Origin: Promethearchaeota archaeon
Lineage (GTDB): Archaea > Asgardarchaeota > Thorarchaeia > Thorarchaeales > Thorarchaeaceae
Direction of reading: 5' to 3'
Assembly: GCA_014728035.1 (NCBI GenBank)
Contig: WJMJ01000046.1
Coordinates: 158,136 to 222,135 of the forward strand
Length of the DNA: 64,000 nucleotides
Shown here: piece after piece, positions 60,428 to 64,000 of the stretch
Layout: each line of letters begins with the position of its first letter
Numbering within the stretch: the first letter of the stretch is position 1
Notes under the pieces: model-generated
What the model saw: the letters and a program-made list of their open reading frames with translations, nothing else
What the model was told of the DNA's origin: nothing
The model's database searches: none
Program-made: the position numbers and the translations under genes

Positions 60428-60597
60428 GCCGCAGTGGCCTAGCCTGGTTAGGGCGCGAGACTCATAATCTTCCCGGACTATTCCGGGATGAAGAATGGGG
60501 TCATTGAGTGTGCGTCCCCCAATGGGCAATCTCGAATCGTTATGAGATTTCCTCTTATCGAGAAACGTCGAGGGCTCGAATCCCTCCTGCGGCACCA
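60428..60597 (+). tRNA. Elongator tRNA-Met(CAT) with two introns (37/38: 60467-60528; 44/45: 60536-60565)
   Basis: GCCGCAG/CTGCGGC-ACCA. CTCA/TGGG and TCTC/GAGA BHB-type helices; removing both introns restores a standard cloverleaf. Confidence 0.85.
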
Positions 60598-60729
60598 ATC
60601 AAATTTTTGGTTTCCGAGTCGGTAGGTTTTTGAGTAGGAGAGTTTTACAGCCGCATAATACTGAGCAGAAATCTCTTAGCATTTTAGATTCTGCAAAGTG
60701 TTTGTAGATTTGCTAATCGGTGGTATTTC

Positions 60730-61938
60730 ATGAAACTCCCATTCAAGACTCTTGATGATGTGGAATATGAAGGAAAACGTGTTCTAATTCGAGTTGATAT
60801 TAACTGTTCTTTAGATCCTGAAACAAAAAAAATTATCAATGACTCTCGGATTAGAGCTATGACTCCAACACTCGAAGAACTAAAAAAGAGTAAGGTAGTT
60901 CTTATGGCTCATCAGGGTCGTCCGGGAAGTGATGATTTCATTTCACTAGAACAACATACAAGGATTCTTCGTGATTTAGGATTCAATGCTTCTTTTGTGG
61001 ATGATATATTTGGTAAAGCAGCAAAAGATGCAATATCCAAGTTAAAGATTGGTGAAATTTTAGTTTTACAAAATGTTCGTATGTTTGAGGGTGAAATGAA
61101 AAAAGCGTCTGTAGATGAAGTTGCACAGGAACCAATTGTGCAAGAACTTTATTCGTTATTTGATTTATTTGTAAATGATGCATTTGGAGCAGCTCATCGA
61201 TCTCAAGCTTCAATTGTTGGATTCACCAAATATTTGCCATCTGTAGCAGGGCGTGTAATGGAAAAAGAAGTTCGAACATTGACAGAGATACTCTCCACTG
61301 AATATCACCCTTGGATTCTTGTCCTTGGGGGTAGCAAAGTCCCTGACAAAGTAAAAATCATTAAAAGACTACTGGAGATTGGTCGTGCAGACAACGTACT
61401 TCTTGGAGGATTAATTGGAAATCTATTCCTTATCGCTGCAGAGAAAATCTCCTCTCAATATGGTGCGCCAATAAAAGAATTCGAAGATATTTTGCCTTTA
61501 GCAAAAGAATTACTCTCTCAATATTCTGATGTCATAATGTTGCCCATTGATGCCGCAGTAGATCAAGATGGAGCACGCATCGAGTGCTCTTTGGAAAATA
61601 TAGGGGGGCGTCCCTTCTACGATATCGGTCCAAAAACCGCTGAAAAATTTGCAAAGATTATTCGGAATGCAAAAGTAGCTTTCGCGAATGGTCCAATGGG
61701 CTTTTTTGAAAAAGATGAATTCAAACATGGTACAGTCGAAGTTCTAAAAGCAATATCTGATTGTGATTGTATTACCGTAGTTGGTGGTGGTCATGTAAGT
61801 GCAATGGCTGAACAGATGAGTCTGGTAGACACAATTACTCACATCAGTACTGGTGGAGGTGCAACAATGGGTTTCATGACTGGTGAAAAACTACCTCTTG
61901 TGGAAGCTCTGGAAGTTGCTGCAAAGAGGATGGAATAG
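60730..61938 (+). CDS. pgk: Phosphoglycerate kinase
   Basis: RVDIN, HQGRPG, NDAFGAAHRS, LGGSK, NGPMG, STGGGA. Confidence 0.97.
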   Translation: MKLPFKTLDDVEYEGKRVLIRVDINCSLDPETKKIINDSRIRAMTPTLEELKKSKVVLMAHQGRPGSDDFISLEQHTRILRDLGFNASFVDDIFGKAAKDAISKLKIGEILVLQNVRMFEGEMKKASVDEVAQEPIVQELYSLFDLFVNDAFGAAHRSQASIVGFTKYLPSVAGRVMEKEVRTLTEILSTEYHPWILVLGGSKVPDKVKIIKRLLEIGRADNVLLGGLIGNLFLIAAEKISSQYGAPIKEFEDILPLAKELLSQYSDVIMLPIDAAVDQDGARIECSLENIGGRPFYDIGPKTAEKFAKIIRNAKVAFANGPMGFFEKDEFKHGTVEVLKAISDCDCITVVGGGHVSAMAEQMSLVDTITHISTGGGATMGFMTGEKLPLVEALEVAAKRME

Positions 61939-61940
61939 TT

Positions 61941-62240
61941 TTGCAAACAGAATATCATCTATTCAATTTGCTGCCCCTCATTTATATCATATTAATTCAA
62001 TTCATTGCGGTAATATTAGTCTGGTGGGACAAAAGAAAAGCTCAAAATCATGAGTGGCGTGTTGCAGAAGCAACTCTTCTCCTATCTGGCTTTCTAGGCG
62101 GAGCTATTGGACTTTTATTCGGAATATTTAGATTTCGGCACAAGACCAAGAAAAGAGGATTTCAATTGATAGCACTTGTGAGTTTATTCCTATCGTTGAT
62201 TTTCTATTGGTTGATTTTGAACTTCTATCTTCCGATGTAG
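61941..62240 (+). CDS. DUF1294 membrane protein
   Basis: DKRKA...WRVAEATL..GG..G...FRHKTKK..F. Confidence 0.88.
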   Translation: MQTEYHLFNLLPLIYIILIQFIAVILVWWDKRKAQNHEWRVAEATLLLSGFLGGAIGLLFGIFRFRHKTKKRGFQLIALVSLFLSLIFYWLILNFYLPM

Positions 62241-62329
62241 TGTATTACACTTATTACAATGCTGTGTTTCTCTATTTCCCAAAGAGTAGGCTTTTATAGA
62301 CAATCCGTAGCAAACATGAATTGAAAATT

Positions 62330-62407
62330 GCCCCAGTAGCATAGACCGGCCATTGCGGCTGACTTGTAATCAGCAGGTCGCGAGTTCAAATCTCGCCTGG
62401 GGCTCCA
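62330..62407 (+). tRNA. tRNA-Thr(TGT)
   Basis: Cloverleaf, GCTGA-CTTGTAA-TCAGC, ends TCCA. Confidence 0.95.
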
Positions 62408-62432
62408 AATTTCCTCTTCATTATTCTAAGTT

Positions 62433-62984
62433 CTATTTATCATGATAGACGTTGTCTATAATAACTGCATAGGCAAGTAGCATTAATCTATCTGCATCCA
62501 TATCCTCGATGTGAATCACATATCTGTCTTTTAGACTGAAGCCCTTAGCAAAAACATCACGCCATTTATCAGCTTTCTTAATTTCAGCATATACCTTCTT
62601 CTTATCCTCGGGATCAGTGATTCGAAAGTTCCATTTCGTCACTCCTCCTTGTGCTTTGTATATTTGCTGGTCATCTGCATCATACATATCTATTGAACCG
62701 CGAAACGATATCAATGGCTTTTTGGCTCTTCCAATTAGTGTATCATCAGGTAGTTTTACATCGTATATTGGTCGTGCACTAAGAAGTTTCTTGTTTATCG
62801 TACAAAGTAGTGTGTCATCTGGATCATACAATTGGATTTCAGCACGCATAGATAATAACTTACGTTTCATAGAACCTACTTTGTTACCATGCTGGTCGTA
62901 AATTTCACCACCACCAAACTTCCATGATTTTTCATGCATCACATAAAACGAAATTGTTGGATCTAACAAACTCACAATATTCAC
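62433..62984 (-). CDS. LURP-one/scramblase (Tubby-C-like) protein
   Basis: Repeated (I/L)YD..G/KxLS beta units, D.Y.I and C-terminal LLLAYAVIID helix. Confidence 0.75.
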   Translation of the reverse strand: MNIVSLLDPTISFYVMHEKSWKFGGGEIYDQHGNKVGSMKRKLLSMRAEIQLYDPDDTLLCTINKKLLSARPIYDVKLPDDTLIGRAKKPLISFRGSIDMYDADDQQIYKAQGGVTKWNFRITDPEDKKKVYAEIKKADKWRDVFAKGFSLKDRYVIHIEDMDADRLMLLAYAVIIDNVYHDK

Positions 62985-63273
62985 CTTTTATGTCATTGCG
63001 GAATACCAATTTAAGGTAATTTGCTCTGTGCTTGACTAGATAGTTGGAATCTTTAGTTATCTTCCAGAATTGATACAAAAATCTACTTGTTTCAATAAAT
63101 TAGAAATAAAATTGAATAACTGTAACTTTTAATACGTCTATCATGGACATCTTTATGAGGTTCCGTGTTAACAATAACTCAGCTTTAGCTTTCAAAATAT
63201 ACATCCCATAAGAAAGCTAAAATACATTACACGTGATAGTATTACATGTACGACGTACTATGGGTGATGCCAG

Positions 63274-64000
63274 TTGCAACCATATAATTATGACCTATTC
63301 TTTGATTACATATTTGGGTTCTTTTATTACACGCTATATGAGAATTTATACCCGCTGATACCATTAGGGCCGGGTGATTATTTCCTTATTTTCACTATTA
63401 TTCTATTTATAGCTGCAATCGTAGTCGTACGTCGCAAATCTGGAGGCGGCTCTCCAGTTCCTGAAGGCGTGAAAAGAATCATTGCATCAACAGGTGATGT
63501 TTCAGCCGGCATTTCTGGAACAAAGAAAGTGAAATTCATAAAGTCTCCAGGTCAAGCACTTGTCTTTCTGAAAATTGAAGAAAATGCAATTCAACAAGCT
63601 TTGACTGCTGTCGAATATTATGCCCAGCAAGGAGATATTGAAGATCTTCTAAAGGACAAACTTATGGCATTATATCAAGGCAGACTTTCAATGGTTCAAT
63701 CAGCTATTGCAAAAGATGAGGAATTGAAGGATATTGTTGATAGTGCGTCGGCTGTTGACCGTGCTCGATCAGATTATCTCAGAAAATTAGCTGCGATGTC
63801 CGGCACAACAGTTGAATCGGAAACAAGTGAATCCGGTCCGGCCAGTGTTGGAATGCCTGGCAAAGTTCCTGCAACTAAAACAACATCATCTGCGGCAAGT
63901 TCTAGTGGACCTCCTGGTGGGAGCAGTCCCAGTGGTGGGCCTCCTGGTGGTGGGCCTCCTGGTGGAGGTAAACCCAGTGGCGGACCTCCTGGTGGGAGCA
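63274..64000 (+). CDS. Membrane-anchored protein with GPPGG low-complexity repeats (partial)
   Basis: TTG after GGGTGA, TM helix then RRK, helical domain, then SGPPGG repeats running off the window. Not in the ORF track. Confidence 0.75.
   Translation, partial: MQPYNYDLFFDYIFGFFYYTLYENLYPLIPLGPGDYFLIFTIILFIAAIVVVRRKSGGGSPVPEGVKRIIASTGDVSAGISGTKKVKFIKSPGQALVFLKIEENAIQQALTAVEYYAQQGDIEDLLKDKLMALYQGRLSMVQSAIAKDEELKDIVDSASAVDRARSDYLRKLAAMSGTTVESETSESGPASVGMPGKVPATKTTSSAASSSGPPGGSSPSGGPPGGGPPGGGKPSGGPPGGS

Noticed and set aside
60395-60598. 67-aa ORF
   Set aside because: Antisense shadow of tRNA-Met.
63900-64000. Collagen-like repeat
   Set aside because: Gly spacing is not a continuous Gly-X-Y triplet.

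Overview
Archaeal core chromosome, roughly 35% GC by eye. The gene content (rpo8, gins23-mcm, tfe, gatDE, split LKR/SDH) suggests an Asgard archaeon, possibly Thorarchaeia; this is inference only. It holds a replication cluster (mcm with a 525-aa intein, gins23, rfcS/L, cdc6), translation and tRNA-modification genes, central metabolism, and 7 tRNAs. Four tRNAs carry BHB-type introns, including non-canonical positions 10/11, 44/45 and 53/54. Main points: (1) A probable oriC at ~37.0-37.2 kb, with two inverted ORBs and a strand-bias switch, lies ~24 kb from cdc6. (2) Beside it, an operon encoding an ExeA-like AAA+ ATPase and a ribbon-helix-helix protein sits in a 10.5-kb field of TGTAWTACA palindromes. 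This is a candidate new type of archaeal partition system. (3) A box C/D sRNA has two guides matching the anticodon/intron junction and a shared intron motif (GGGGUCAU) of pre-tRNAs in this window, with the +5 rule pointing at wobble position 34. (4) Several orphan putative DNA-binding proteins near the origin each sit next to their own repeat motif. (5) A Tad/VirB-like surface or DNA-transfer cluster. All calls come from reading motifs by eye; no database searches were run.
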